Assembly (NCBI RefSeq): GCF_033153115.1
Contig: NW_026889757.1
Coordinates: 6,386,001-6,450,000, forward strand
Length of the DNA stretch: 64,000 bases
DNA from: Saccostrea echinata
Taxonomy: Eukaryota
Direction of reading: 5' to 3'
A program made the translations under genes and the position numbers. The notes beneath the pieces were generated by a model. That model worked only from the letters and a program-made list of their open reading frames with translations, was not told the origin of the DNA and ran no database searches. This document shows positions 1 through 14,100 of the stretch, in pieces (position 1 is the first letter of the stretch; each line of letters begins with the position of its first letter).

Positions 1-112
1 TTGACAGTATACATGAACACAAGTTATGATGAAATGTTTGCAAACTGTTCAAACTTAACTGTAATACTCCACTCTACCTTAATATTGAAATATTGAATAA
101 GAATTCAGTTAC

Positions 113-3100
113 CTCTTAATACAGTCCATGAGTCTGTGCTGTAATCAGGGAGACAAGCTAGGTTCTTCTGATCAGGTTTGACAAATCCGTTTTCATAGCA
201 CACCCCAGCAATCACACAAATATCAGTCTGCCAGAGAAATATAGACAAGGTCAACATTCTAACAACTTCTTCAAGCCATTAAAATATATGTGCTAGGCAA
301 TTTGTAAGTTACTTAAAGACTACTTAATCACACATAACTATTTCTTTACATAAAATTGCAAGAAACTTAGAAAAATCTATGAATAGGCTTACCCTTCTTG
401 CACAGCCTGTCAGAGTGCATCGATTACAGTAGCTGTTATAGATGATATAGACTTTGTATTCACTAGTGGTCTCCCCATTGTTACTGACTGCTACCTCGTA
501 CAATCCTTCTCCCGGGAACGTACACACCACTGTCTCAGAATTCACATACTCAGCTTTACTGGTATTCACACTGGATATTACTGTCAGGTTTGGCTGAGAT
601 AGATCAAAAACACCTTATTTTGGATATTTATAATCATCAACCATTACTAAAGAGGCAATCTTTCGCTAAAGTCAAATCTTCCAAACAAGAAATCAAGGAA
701 AAATTTGAAGTCTTTAGAACGGGAGCAATATCTACATGTGTTGTCATTATTTCCCTTGTGAAATATATTCATTAACTTATAATTCTTCATTTAAGAAATG
801 AAATATGATCATGCATACATGAATGATAAAATCTGAAGCAAATAAAGACAAAAACAATCTTAATTTATGAAAATGTAAATTAGAACACATGAATTTTTAA
901 TAACTATATTTTACATATTACTTTTTTTTGTACAAGGGATAGATTTCAGCAATTTTCAAGTAAAGTTATGAAAAGCTTACTGCTAAATTTCTGTAATGAC
1001 AAGTGAGATTCTCCACTTCAGCAAAGTCATCTCCAAATAAGTTCACAGAATTGCAATCATAACGATTCAGATCACATGGCTTTCCTTCACCGACAATGTC
1101 CAGTTCTGGTGGTTTATTAATGTTAACCGAACAATCGTCTCCAATCCATGGATGATCACACTGGCAGAGACCTTTAAAATATTACATTTTCTGATTGAAT
1201 AAAGTTGCAAAGGAATGTAACCGGTGAACAACACATACATATAAATCTGTCAAGTTCTACTTTATTCTTCTTTTTTTTAGACATGAATGTAGACATAGGG
1301 CCAGCATCTTCAGTTAAGAATTTGGGAAAAAAACAGACAAACCAAGGAAATTCTAAACTGGAGATTTTTTTAAATTCAATATCATTTCCAAACCTCAAAT
1401 CTGTGTCCTTGTGTTAATATGTTGTCTTAATGTATTTTTTCTATACTATGAATCTTAGTCAATTTATTTCTTCAAAAGCAATAAAATTATGACAAAACAT
1501 TCAAATTGTCCAAAAAATGTTAGATAATTTTTTTTTCAAACTTTTATTTGAAAAAATCATCATCTAATTTAAATCTTTGCAACAACAAATTTCCTTATTT
1601 TAAATTCTTTTCTTAGGATATGGACCAAACTTCTGCTCATCATCTCAAACAAAGTATAAATTATTTAGAACTTTAAGCAAAAACTTCAGATAACTGCTTA
1701 TGCATAAATGTTATTTAAATCTCATATCTTTAATAAAACATAAAACAATGACTGGTTTTTTGTTGTATACTCTGAACCATATTGCAGAAAATGATATTTA
1801 CATCTATTAACAGAGCATTGAGCAGGGTTAAAATAACAAAAGTGATCCAAAGATTGATCATCTCTCACCATCTACACAATTTCCATTGTTATTACAGCTG
1901 TTGGGACAAATGGCTCCTGTTATTGTTGGGGGAGGGGCCACTACACCTCCCTCTATAGTGACCCACAGAGTAATGTCTACCTCAATGATGACTAGACACT
2001 GTTCCTGTAGATTGTCCAAACTCTCATTGGCCCAGGTCAGGTCATCTGTCAGCTGTTAATGGTAAAAAGGAATAATTTATGACTTTGAAAGTAAGGATTT
2101 TTTTTTTTACTACACAAACTCAAAATGCATCATTTTGCAATGAAGGCTAAATGATCCTGTCTTCCTAATATGTTAAATTATTTCACGTCTTTTGAAAATA
2201 TTGTTTTTAAAATCTTCTTATATCTACATGTATACTTGATACTGCTAACACTATTTTTCCCAAAAATAATATAAAATTTTTCACCCAACAAATTAAATCT
2301 ATCAACCCCAACCATTTTTATTTCTTTAATCTACTGAACTATTTTTCTTCTACAACCTAAAACAGCATTTTTCCTACACCCTAAAACAGCAGTCTTTTGA
2401 AATACTGTTTAAAATCTTCTTATCTATATGTTTATTGTAAATGATCCTATTAAAAGAATTTTTCCCAAAAATAAAATAAAGATTTTCAACAGACAAATTT
2501 AATCTATCAACCCCAACCACTTTCATTTCTTTTATCTACTGAATTATTTTGTATCTTACACCCTAAAATAGCATTTACAATGGTGTTGCTGTCACAAGAA
2601 CATTAGGTGCATGAATGAGTCTTGAGTACACTGTGATGATATGCATATTAAAAAATCACAATACCCATAACAACATGATTTATTTTATGTGAACCTAAGA
2701 AATGGTAGTTTATAATGCTCTGAAATCCTACCTGGATGTCTTCCAGACAACCCTCCAGAATGGGTTCAAAATCCATACCAGGTACACCCAGACACTTCCT
2801 GCCAGACTCTTTGGACTCTATAAAACCTTGACAGATTGATATGGCTCTGTCTTTGGTGATACCATTTGGTGTTGGCCATGTCAACTCCTGTTAATAATAA
2901 AATGCCCCATTTTGAAATATGTAAACTTAAAACATCATAATAATAATAAATGTGAAACTCTTTCAAAACAATCTGCAACTTATAGTATAGCTTTTTGATG
3001 TTCAGAAATGATCATTCTTAGCAAGAATAGCACTGATTGTATATAAAAAAAATTGCTGACATTTCATATGAAAAAGATAAAATTTGGTTAAGAAAAACAA

Positions 3101-6100
3101 TAGATTTACCTTTTGAATATACTTTGGGTCATATTCAAACACCTCTGGTGGCTGTGTGGACACGCATCGAGTTGGAGGGGACTGTGCTTCCCGAATGAGT
3201 TTCTGGGTCAAATTCTTCACTCCTGTACCAATGTAAAAAAAAAAATCTAAATTTGAAATTGGTGTCTGATTAATTCTTTCAACAATGTCACAAAAATATT
3301 TCAAACAAGAAATTTCTAAAGATGACTTGGCTATATGTGAAGAATTCTCATGTAAATAAATGGAAGTTTTTGTTTCAATTAGCTCTCTTTACCTGCTCAT
3401 TACACAAAGCATTAGGACAGAATCATGACTCCACAAATCATATAGCAGTTCAGGTATTACAATCATGTACTGTATGTGTACTTAAAAAAGCGGACTTCAT
3501 ATTTTGGCGGCTTTGGCGCAGACAATGATGCGCCAATTCATGAATACTGCTAAGAAATCATTTATAAATACAACATTCAGCAAGGACCTGTATAGTGCTA
3601 ATTCATGATTTCGCCAACAACTCCAAACCCAGTGACTGTGCTAAATTTTGAATGCGATAATTTATGTACATGTACAGTACTAATTAAAGTCAGGGAAAAA
3701 AAATTATTTGTTGTTCAAAATATTTCAGTTGTTCAAAACATTTCATCTTCATATGTCTACAGAAAAAATTTGAGGACAACAATTACGAGAGGTTATTTGG
3801 GGTGAATGCTTATCATTGTCAAAGTCATCAATCCACAGACCAAAACTTGGATCCCCCCAAATTGATACCTTCTTTATAACTTGTTAGTCATAAAGTTCAC
3901 ATTAACAAACATGTCGATTTGATATTCAGAGTTTATAATGCTTCAATAAATGATGGGACTACACATCCTAAACTGCACAAACATATGCTGTTGTCCATAC
4001 CTTTTTTGTACTTGTATTTGTTTTTTCTCTTCTCTATTTCTTCACAGGCCATGATGTCCAATCCTTCTTGACAGACAGGGTCCTGATCCTCCATACAGTC
4101 ACAGTATGTGTCCTCTACAGTCCTCGTGTCCCCACCAGGACAGTATCCTCTGTACAGACTCTCCTCTCTTGACACCCTGCAGAAAGACATCAAAAACTAA
4201 ATAATTTAACAATTTTTAATATGGGAATAAACAATTCTATGTTTTGAAGACATACCAATATGCACTCAAAGACAGTCTTCAAAAGCATTCTTTACATCAA
4301 TAACAAGCCTATACACCTTAAAGGTTACATGAGTATCATAAGTTTCTCAACATATAACAAACTTAGCTGTCCTAACGAGGAAGGACCTCTGTGCATGTGA
4401 GATGACTTTTACTACATGTATTGTGGTACAGAACTCCTGAAACATATAGAAGGCTCAGGAATAATATTTTTTTAAGAATGCATAAATTTTGATGGTTTTG
4501 GCCTCATCCTTTATACCTAAAAAGGGTAGGGATGATAACTCATAATTTTTGTTTACCTTCATTTATACCAGATTTGGTTGAAATTGGTTTAGAATTTTTT
4601 TAAGGTCAAAGCAAATAATGACTGACAGAAAAAAAGACTCAAATGAAATAAAAAGTAACAACCTTTTTACCCCACCCCTACCCCCCTGGAGACCATTCCA
4701 AACACATTTCTTACCTCCATGTTTGTGAGAACTCTGTTGGTTGTTTCCCTCTTCCCCCATACAGAGTTCCATCTCTCTTTGTCAGATCATTTGTCTTGTC
4801 ACCATCAAAGATACCACACAGACCTATCATGAACAACAATATATCGTGTCAGACTTGTTACCATACAGATCTATCATAACATTATATCAAGTAAGACTTG
4901 TCACCACACAGATCTGTCATAATCAACATTATATCAAGTCAGACTTGATATAAGACTGTCTCCAAATTAAGTCATCTTGGATACTCATAATACTGATCTA
5001 AGGCTTAAGTGAACCCGTGCAAAATATCGTCTTCATTATCCTGAATAAGATTTATTTACTCAGTTGACTTTCTACATTACAACCATATAAAATTATCTAC
5101 TGAATAAAACATGAAAATACAGAATCACAGTTTATTATTAAGTCTACCTTCTGTGTTGCCGTAGTCAGCAGAAGATGCCTTCAGTTTAACATTGATAAAC
5201 TGACTGGTTCTCTTTCTCCCATTCATCACTACAACTGTAGCTCCAGTAGGTAAGACAATCTAGAAAATCCATTTAATATATTCAAAACATTGCCGTTGAT
5301 TCAAAAATATTGTCTCATTCAATTCTGCATGACCCAATGTTTTCCCTTTCTTTTGTCCCAAATTTTCCCTTCAAATTTATATCTTAAGCATTATTTTCTT
5401 TCCACTATACCAAAGTGACTGGCACAAAAATTGCCGTCAGAGATAAATTACATAAGCTCATCTCTCCAGTGTTCAAAATGTCATATTTCATGGGATTAAT
5501 ATGCCAATTTTAACAACTATGTCTAAGAATGAGAAACTTACCCAGTATTTCTTTCCACCTGATTTTCTGAGGACTTCAGTGCCCTCAGTAAGGTCTCCAT
5601 TGAGATACATCTTGAGTTTCATCCTTCTTTTGTTGGAGGACTTGCCCATGGATGGTCCACATCGGTCAATGACAATGACATCATCCCCTGAACGAACAGC
5701 CACGGCACAGTTACAAGATGCCTTACCGTTACAACTACGATAGAATACCCGCACCTAACAAAAAAAAACATTAAAGTACTCCAACTTTTCAAAAATGTTA
5801 TCATTGGTCAAAACTTTTGAATGAGAGGGAGTTCCTTGGGCTGATACGACATATGGTATGAATTTTAATATGTCATATTTTCTATATACTGCACCTAGAA
5901 TATACATGTAGATTTTGTACAAATATTATTTTAAAAGCATTTTTAAAATTACCTCATATGGCAAAGATTTGTGTTTGTATAAAATAAATTCTCCCTCCAA
6001 GAAATTGTTGTAATACCTGAAAAAATTAAATAAAAGTGATGAAGAAAAAAATTATGTGATGAAGAAATTTCCATCACAGGGTATCCAAAAATCTTGTTTT

Positions 6101-8192
6101 TTTTTTTTTTTAATTTCAGTACAATACAAAAACGTCTGTTTGATTTTTACTTTCTTCCTCACCTTCCATCAAATGTGGTCATGTGTGGATCATTGATGGA
6201 GGAGCAGGTTGATGTCTTGTCTCTATCTTTAACTGTTACCTGAGTGTGTAAAAGAGAAAAAATTAAGAGACATGCATTTCTTCCAAAGTATTTAAATTTT
6301 GGTTTGTTTCATTTATCTGTACTTAGCAGCCATTGCTGAATCTACTTCCAATAATGTCTATATTCTGCAAGTTTTTTGTTTAAATTTCATTATGATTTTT
6401 TTAAAATAAATTTTATCTATTCTGCTAGTTTATAATGCCAATTTCTTCCAATACATTTACCTCTACAGTGCTTATCTGTTGATTGAAGAACTCAACAGAT
6501 TGTACTGCCATAGTGACATACACACGGACATTTCTTTTCTTATCTTTGTCCTTGAGACTGTCTATCGTGGCCTTGACTGGAAGCAGCAAACCCGAGTGCC
6601 AGGTATCCATGGTGATTAGATGTGAGCATGGTTTTGTGTAGGTGTTGGATTTGTACACCCCAAATACGACCTGTGTGATCTCTTCTCCTGAACTAGGACA
6701 TTTAGTTTCTTTCTCTGTAAAACAATTCAGTAATACTGAGAAGCAAAATTCAATATGAAGTTTGGAAACAAAAGAAAATTATTTTTTATATTATACACAT
6801 ATGAACTGTATATCAAGCAATTTACATATTACAGATTTTTTCTAAGGATTAATGCTCGTACATGTAATTGGAGTCAAACAACCTCAACTAGTATGTGAGA
6901 AATATTCATCAAATCAATTACCATCTAATCTAACAAATCCATAGACACCAAAGATGCTTGTTTCATCTGCATAAACTTTTTCACAGAGCAGTCTATAATG
7001 TACATGCTGATACTTTGTGGTAAATTTTGTTGAGAGAGAGCAGGTGTACCTACCTTTAACAAGTACAGTGGAGACACCTATTTCACAATACTTCTCCCTG
7101 TCCTCTTTCTCACAGAACAGCCTTGGAGGTACAGTGCAGGTTACTCTGATGTTAGTGGGGGATGCTCCTTCATATGTCGTTATCTTTGTTTCACTCAGCT
7201 GTAAAAACATGACTTAAAGTTAAACAAAAATGCTAAACATTTTAGGAATTTGTTTCCTACACAATTACATCTAAAATTTCATTCAAAATACTTTCAGAAA
7301 AATAAATTATACATTTAAATTTTTTAAAAATATTGAGACCTCCAAATGAGAATTAAATCCCCTTTTATTAGAAAATAAGAGTTAACTCCCCTTGTCCAAC
7401 AAACACACCACACATAATAAAAAAGCTCTCTCTTGAAGAGTTAAGATTTACTATTCTCTCTTAAACTCATTAAAGCTTTATAATATATGTTTCCTGGTCT
7501 GTTCTACATTACCTGGACTTGGGCTGTCAGTATGACACTGTCCCTCCATGGACCTCTTGTGTTCTCACAGTTTCCTTGTTCACAGGCAGACACACTACAT
7601 TTTATCTGAAATAAAATGTAATAAATTTTTTTTTGAATTTCTCCAGCATGTTGCACTCATATTTGGAAAGAAAAATATAAACAACACTTAGCAAAATTTT
7701 ATTGACAAGATCATCAGCTTGAAACACTACTATATTCTAAATTATTAAGATGGACTACTAATTTAATATCTTTCTAGATAAGGAATAAAAATTCTCATCC
7801 TTTTCTTTTTATTCTTGTTATGTTATTGGAAACCAATATATATATATATATATATATATTTTTTTAAATATTCCCCTTCCTATTATTGTGACAAATTTTT
7901 ACACACATTTAACCTTCACTCTTTCATTATAAACTTGACCTGACTAGATTCTTCTTTGTAATCAGTACCTTGTCCCCATACACAAGCTGTGTGATGTAGC
8001 TTTCATTCATGGAGCTTTCAGTCTGATCGTCTAGTACTTCCTCCTTCAGTTGTTTATCATTGAGGTACCATTGTACAGTATACTGTAGATTTGGGATCTC
8101 TAGTTCTTTAAACCTGCACAGGAATTCCGTTTCTTGGGTTGTTCTGTTCACAGTTATATCCAAAGATGGTGCTTCTTTGAACTCGGGAGGTT
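113..8192 (-). CDS. Module F (Ig-like + VWD + Cys-rich + EGF)
   Basis: Approximate exons: 7969-8192, 7513-7605, 7054-7198, 6461-6714, 6163-6239, 5953-6016, 5542-5754, 5148-5259, 4715-4823, 4001-4176, 3110-3222, 2732-2887, 1869-2052, 981-1171, 393-593, 113-227. Motifs include SINDPHMTTFDG, RSCNGKASCNCAVAVRSGDDV and GLCGIFDG. Confidence 0.85.
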
Positions 8193-11100
8193 CTGTAAAC
8201 ATGGGAGAAAAACTTACACTCACTATAAAAAAACATTTGTCTTCTTGCACTTTTTTAAATCCTGAAGTTGAAAACTATTCAGGTACATGTATTTTGTGTT
8301 TAAGCATATACATGTATAATTTTAATTGTCCCTTTCAGTACTTTTTTAATCTTTTCAGTCAGTGTATTTAAGATTGACCTGTGTATAATAGCTTACCAAT
8401 CCTGACATCCAACTCCTTAACCACATCAGTGACAGCTTCAGCAATATCCCATCCCTCTATCACAATATTGGAGAAGTATTTCTTCTTTATAGAACAGCCA
8501 ACATAAAACTTCCTATTCAGATTCTTAACGCTTCTCTTATAATATTTCTCCTTTCTGCTGACCAAAACACCATCCAAGTAAAGCCGGACTCCTAGCTGTA
8601 CACTCCAGGAGAACTGGATAGCCATGAATCTGTTAACTGTGGTGAATTTTGTACTAACTGTCCAGATCTTAGAGGAAGTGCTTATGGATAGGTACAGCCT
8701 CTTTCTCTCATACCACATGGCCATTCCATAATAGCCTGGCTCATCTCCACCATTGGAAAAGATGTACATTTTCTTAGAGAACTTGATTACTTTTAGGTTG
8801 AATTTAACAGTAAGTCCCAATTTACAGGTGTCTAGGTTTCCTATACACTGAGTGGTCTGGTCACCCATGTCCACAAACTGGTCATTGCCGTTTAAAAGGA
8901 GGGCCTTTGCACCAGTAGGACCGGTGACAAAACCAGGAGAACCAAAGAGGGTGAAGCGAATGTTGACGGTGAGAGTATACAGAATGTTACCTACAAGTCT
9001 CAGAAAGCCATACCTCCTTACTGTTACTTCTGTCTCTGAAAATTAAATTTCATGCACTGTTAATTGAATTATTTGAAACATATTCTTTGAAAATTGTACA
9101 AGAAAAATTTTCACATAAAAATGCAAGAATGGAGTTCTGCAAGTCCCTACCGTATATACTCGCCTATAAGTCGGATTTTTGGGAGTTAAACTTTGGTCCA
9201 AAAACTCTATGTCCGACTTATAGGCGAGTTATAAGAAGATTGGTATTCTAGAAGGTCAATTCCTCTAATATAAGCTTAAAAAATACAACCGACTTATAGG
9301 CGGACCGACTTATAGGCGAGTATATACGGTAGGTTTCTTTTTCTTGACTTTGGATCGATCATTATACTTGCTCACTCTAAGTATAGCACAGTGTAATACT
9401 ACATTCTGTTAATCTAAAGAAGTTGAGATTAGTTACATGTTTCTACAATATGGCAGGACTGCATGTCCAAGGACAAGTATTCAATGTAAAAGATAATGTG
9501 ATGCTCAAATCAACAATAAAGTTAGGACCACTGACTCTCTTTGCAATATGCCTTAGAATGATTCAGATATTGATCCTGAAGTTCAGTGGTACAAGTACAT
9601 GTATGTTTTCAATAAAAGGTTGCACTTACTGGTGAGAACACTCCATGTGGTTGTATTCTTTTGAGTGTAGCACACTTGCTTGATATCTCTGGGATTGACA
9701 TAACCATCTTGGTAGCATATACCATTGATAACACAGACATCTTGCTGTCAGTAAAAAAGAATCTACATATTACAAATGAATGACTTTAACTGTAGTTAAG
9801 AATTCTGATAATTTATTGAAATTCATGCTTTTGAACCATTATAATGACTTCTTATATACGACTCATATCCCAATATTAGAAAAAAAAATCATCCTCTGAA
9901 CAGGTTAAAGCAAACTTTATGTGGAATCGTTTGTGATGGTCATAGTTTACATGCAACCAAAATTATACTGTTCTGTCGGGATGCAATTGTATATACAGAA
10001 TATTCAATGACCCTGTCTATTGAGAAATTTATTGTTAGTGAGGATGCAAAAGCTACCCATGGATATTGGTCCTCCATGAACAATGATGATTCGACAGTAT
10101 TTTGCATTTATCGTCTGTAAACACAAGTAATGGTAATTCAAAACTGAGGTTAGTTTTTTAACAGACTTACCCTGGGGCTACACCGAGTCAGGGTGCAGGT
10201 CTCACACAGGGAGTTGTACACCACCAATTGTAAGCGTCCACTGACCTTGACCCCATTGTTACTGACCCTTAGTTCATACAGACCACTGACTCCCGCCCAA
10301 GGACACAAAATATTGTCCTTATTTACATAGACTGCCAAAAGCTTCAGTTCTGTTCCCTGTCAAATTCAAAGGACATTTATTATTTTACTTTGAAAAAATG
10401 TAGAAATATTTAAACATTCCAAGTTAAATATGACTTTAAATGATTGACACGGAATGAAGTATCAAAAATGGGGATTGCTTGTTATACATTTACAAATGCT
10501 GCTGTGCTGAAAGAAATATAGAAATAAATGGTTTGGAGTCAGAAACAAGGTTTTGGTAAGATGCTGATGTCGAGACACACCGAGTCAACCATGTATGCAT
10601 AGTGAATGACATACAGCTTAAATTAATTGAGTTGACATTAAAGTAGATCTTTATCTTGGGACTGTGAATGTATGACAAGAAAACCAGGGTAGCTGAGATT
10701 AAAGATAATATCTGATTTCATTAATCATTTAAAAAGGCACTGCAAATGATAACTGATACATCCTTTGTTTTCAAAACAAGAAACAGAAGATCATCTGTAA
10801 ATAAAGTATAGTTCAGTAATTTTTTTCTTTAATTCAAAAAGCTGTTTTCCAGTTTTGATAGCTTACATTAGCCAGGAAGTAGTGACAAGTGAGCCTGTCT
10901 CCATCTACGAAATCTGCCCCATACACTACAAGATGTTTGACCACACCCACACTGATGTCTATCAAGGTCCCACCCTGAATGGACTCCAGTTCTGGGGGAT
11001 CAGTCTCCGCAATAGAGCAGTCGTCTCCAACAAAACCGGTGTCACAGTCACACACTCCTGGAACAAAATAAGGCACACTGTGATTCCTAATCTATAACAG

Positions 11101-14100
11101 TGACTCCATCGTCAGATATCCACCAGAAATTTTGAGAAAAAGCTCATTCAAAGTGCAAGAGAAAAGTGCTCTTTACTGTATGTAATGTTTCATGATTTAA
11201 TATGAAGAGAAATTAAATACTGATGCGTTTGTATTTTATAATTTTACAATTAACAAATGTTTTTTTCTTTGAATTTATCCGATGTCAATGAACTGTATGA
11301 TTTGAGCTCAGTAAATTCATATATACATTTCCTACAGATGCTTCATAGTCTACCTTCATTGCATTTTCCATTTCCACTACAGTCTGCTGGACATATAGCT
11401 CCAAACACGTCCTGTGGAGGGACTAATTCTCCTCCTACGGTGACCCAGATAGTGATGTTGAATACAATCTCAATCTGACATTGCTGGTTTACATTCTGTA
11501 AAGTCTCAATAGCCCAGTCTCGCTCATCAGTCAGCTGAAATCAGATTGTCAAAATAAAATACATCAGTTCAAATTAAGTGATTTGAAAGTTAAAAAAAAA
11601 TAATGAAAGGAGATCTGCTTTTTTCAATTACTTACAAAATAAAAAATACTAAATCGAGTCATTTTATTCTGTTAACCGAACCATAGTGATAAAACCAAGT
11701 CTTGGGTTAACTATACAAATTTGATAATTTTTTCACAGAAGTGTAAAAATGAAGTGGACATTGAACGTACCTGAATGTCCTCTATACAGTTGTCCAGAGC
11801 TACATCAAGCTCTACATTATTGACTTTCTGACAGAGGCTACCAGAGGCAGACAGGGTAACGTAATTCCTACAGTATAAAGTGGCCTGTTCCAGGGTGATT
11901 CCATTGGGGGTTGGCCAGCCTAATTCCTTCAATAAAATAAAAGAAGATAGTGACACTTGCTTCTTATTTTTACTGCAGCTACATGTATAATATCTGAAAT
12001 GTCATACACTAAGAGTCAAACAATATTCTCTGTAACTGTGCATTGCAGTGTATACATATCCTAGGAATACTTACAGGTCCAACATGAGTGGCATTGTACT
12101 GGAATAACACCTGGGGCTCCTGAAGGAAACACTTGGTTGTCTCCACGACATTATTTGATATTAGCTCGGCTGTGATGTCCTTCCCTACAAAAACATAGGT
12201 AATCAAAGATTACGAAGCTCACCTCGACAAATGTTATGTTCATGTAAAACAAAATCTCACACCTCAATATATATATATATACCGTCAGGTTAGGTGGGTC
12301 TAGAAGATTTGTTAACTGAATCAGCCATCAGATTACCTATTTCTTAAAATTTTCACTTAAACTAAATTTTGTGTCTGATATGTTATGTCATCTTTGTTCT
12401 CTCATTGTTATCAACATTGAAAAAATGTATGACATTGGAAATATTTGAAAATCTATAAATTGGGTAGCATTCCCTTAAAAGTGGAGGGAATAATCAGGTT
12501 AATAAGCTGTTAGTAGTTTTTATAAAATTTTATAAATGGTAAATATTGAGGTTAATGAAGCATGACTGATATTCAGGAGCAGTGACCATTTAACCTTTAT
12601 GTGGACAAATTGCCTGAAGGCATAATTAGAGAAATCTAGATGTTCTAGATGTTTAAATTATATTTCTTTAATAAGAAAATTAGTAGATCAGTCTAGAAAA
12701 GTATTGTTTAAAGAATTATGGATTATTCTGGATATTATCACATTTCATATATAAAGCATTTGCCTTCATTCATGGATATCTCTGTTTAAAAAAAATCTCA
12801 AGAAAACAACAATCAACAAATATCCACACAGATTTGAATTTTCATCAAATTGAACCAGATTGTAAAAGCAGCAGAAAAGGTAAGTACTTACTTTTTTATT
12901 TTTCACATATGAATTTGAAACAATGTGACACCAACATCTTATAAAACATAAAAGAAAAGTCTTGATATGATGTCTTCCCATCTTTAACTTACTAAGACTG
13001 TCTAAAAGGAACCACTACCATTCAACACAAGAACCACTTGAAAAAAGATGAAGAAAAAGGAGAAAACAAAACAAAATAAAAATTTCATTACTTGTTCAGT
13101 TCAGCACCATATCAGATGGTTATAACCAAATTAAAATGGCTCGTTACAACACATTCAATTTGGTAATAAACAACAAGTCTGACAAATTTTAACTTCTGAA
13201 GTCCAAAAATTGAACATATACCATTGTATAGCCATGACACTGTGTTGTTTTAAAAGACACTGGCTCTGGTGACAAGTTCACAAGCATCAAATGTTAAGTT
13301 TTAGTCTTTTCAAAAAAAAAAATATGCAAAAAAAAAAATCAAAACTGACCCATAATCTTTGTCAAGTAGTTGATGCATATGTACATGTGTACAAGCTTCT
13401 ACAATCCCTCCTTTGTGGAGACACATTACAGCCCAGGAAAGTTTATATTTTCAATCTCTGCCAATTTGACCTTGTCCAAATGACCTTGACTTCAGTACTG
13501 TTATATTATTAGGTCATAGAAACTTTTTTTGAGCACAACTCCCAAATATCTGTGAAGATATGTTCCAGAAATGAACATTACACTTTTGTTCCACATGTCC
13601 ATGTCCAAAGATATTGGATAGGAATTAAAATAAACCTGCTAAACATATTAGATAATATTTGTACCTACGATTAGCTTTTTACTCCGATAAAATTTTATGG
13701 AAAGACACTAAGTGTGATTGAAAATCATGATTACTATACAACCCTACAGTTCATTCTGAAAAGTACAAAATAAATAACCCAAACAATGTATATATAAAAA
13801 TTATTTAGATATAATTCTCCTTTCAGAACAAAATGGAAGAAGCAAAGAAAACATTAGAAGATGTGAGAAAAAATTTGAATGTAATTTCTGAGTCAGAACT
13901 CCTGATTCTTGGTTGCATATTGAAAATAAAGAGAGGGGATAAGGATTGGGAGGCAGATTTACAGACAACAGCCAGAAAAATTAAGGCCATCAGCAGAAGC
14001 ATATCTTTTAAGCTAAAGAAAATTGAACAAGACATTGAAAAAGTCAATGGTAAACTAGAAAAAAGTACCAAAGAAAACATTTCATTGAAAAGAAAACTGG

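Noticed and set aside
13460-13575. TGACCTTG motifs inside the Helentron read as nuclear-receptor sites or an old satellite monomer
   Set aside because: Only two short matches and no repeat structure; insufficient support.
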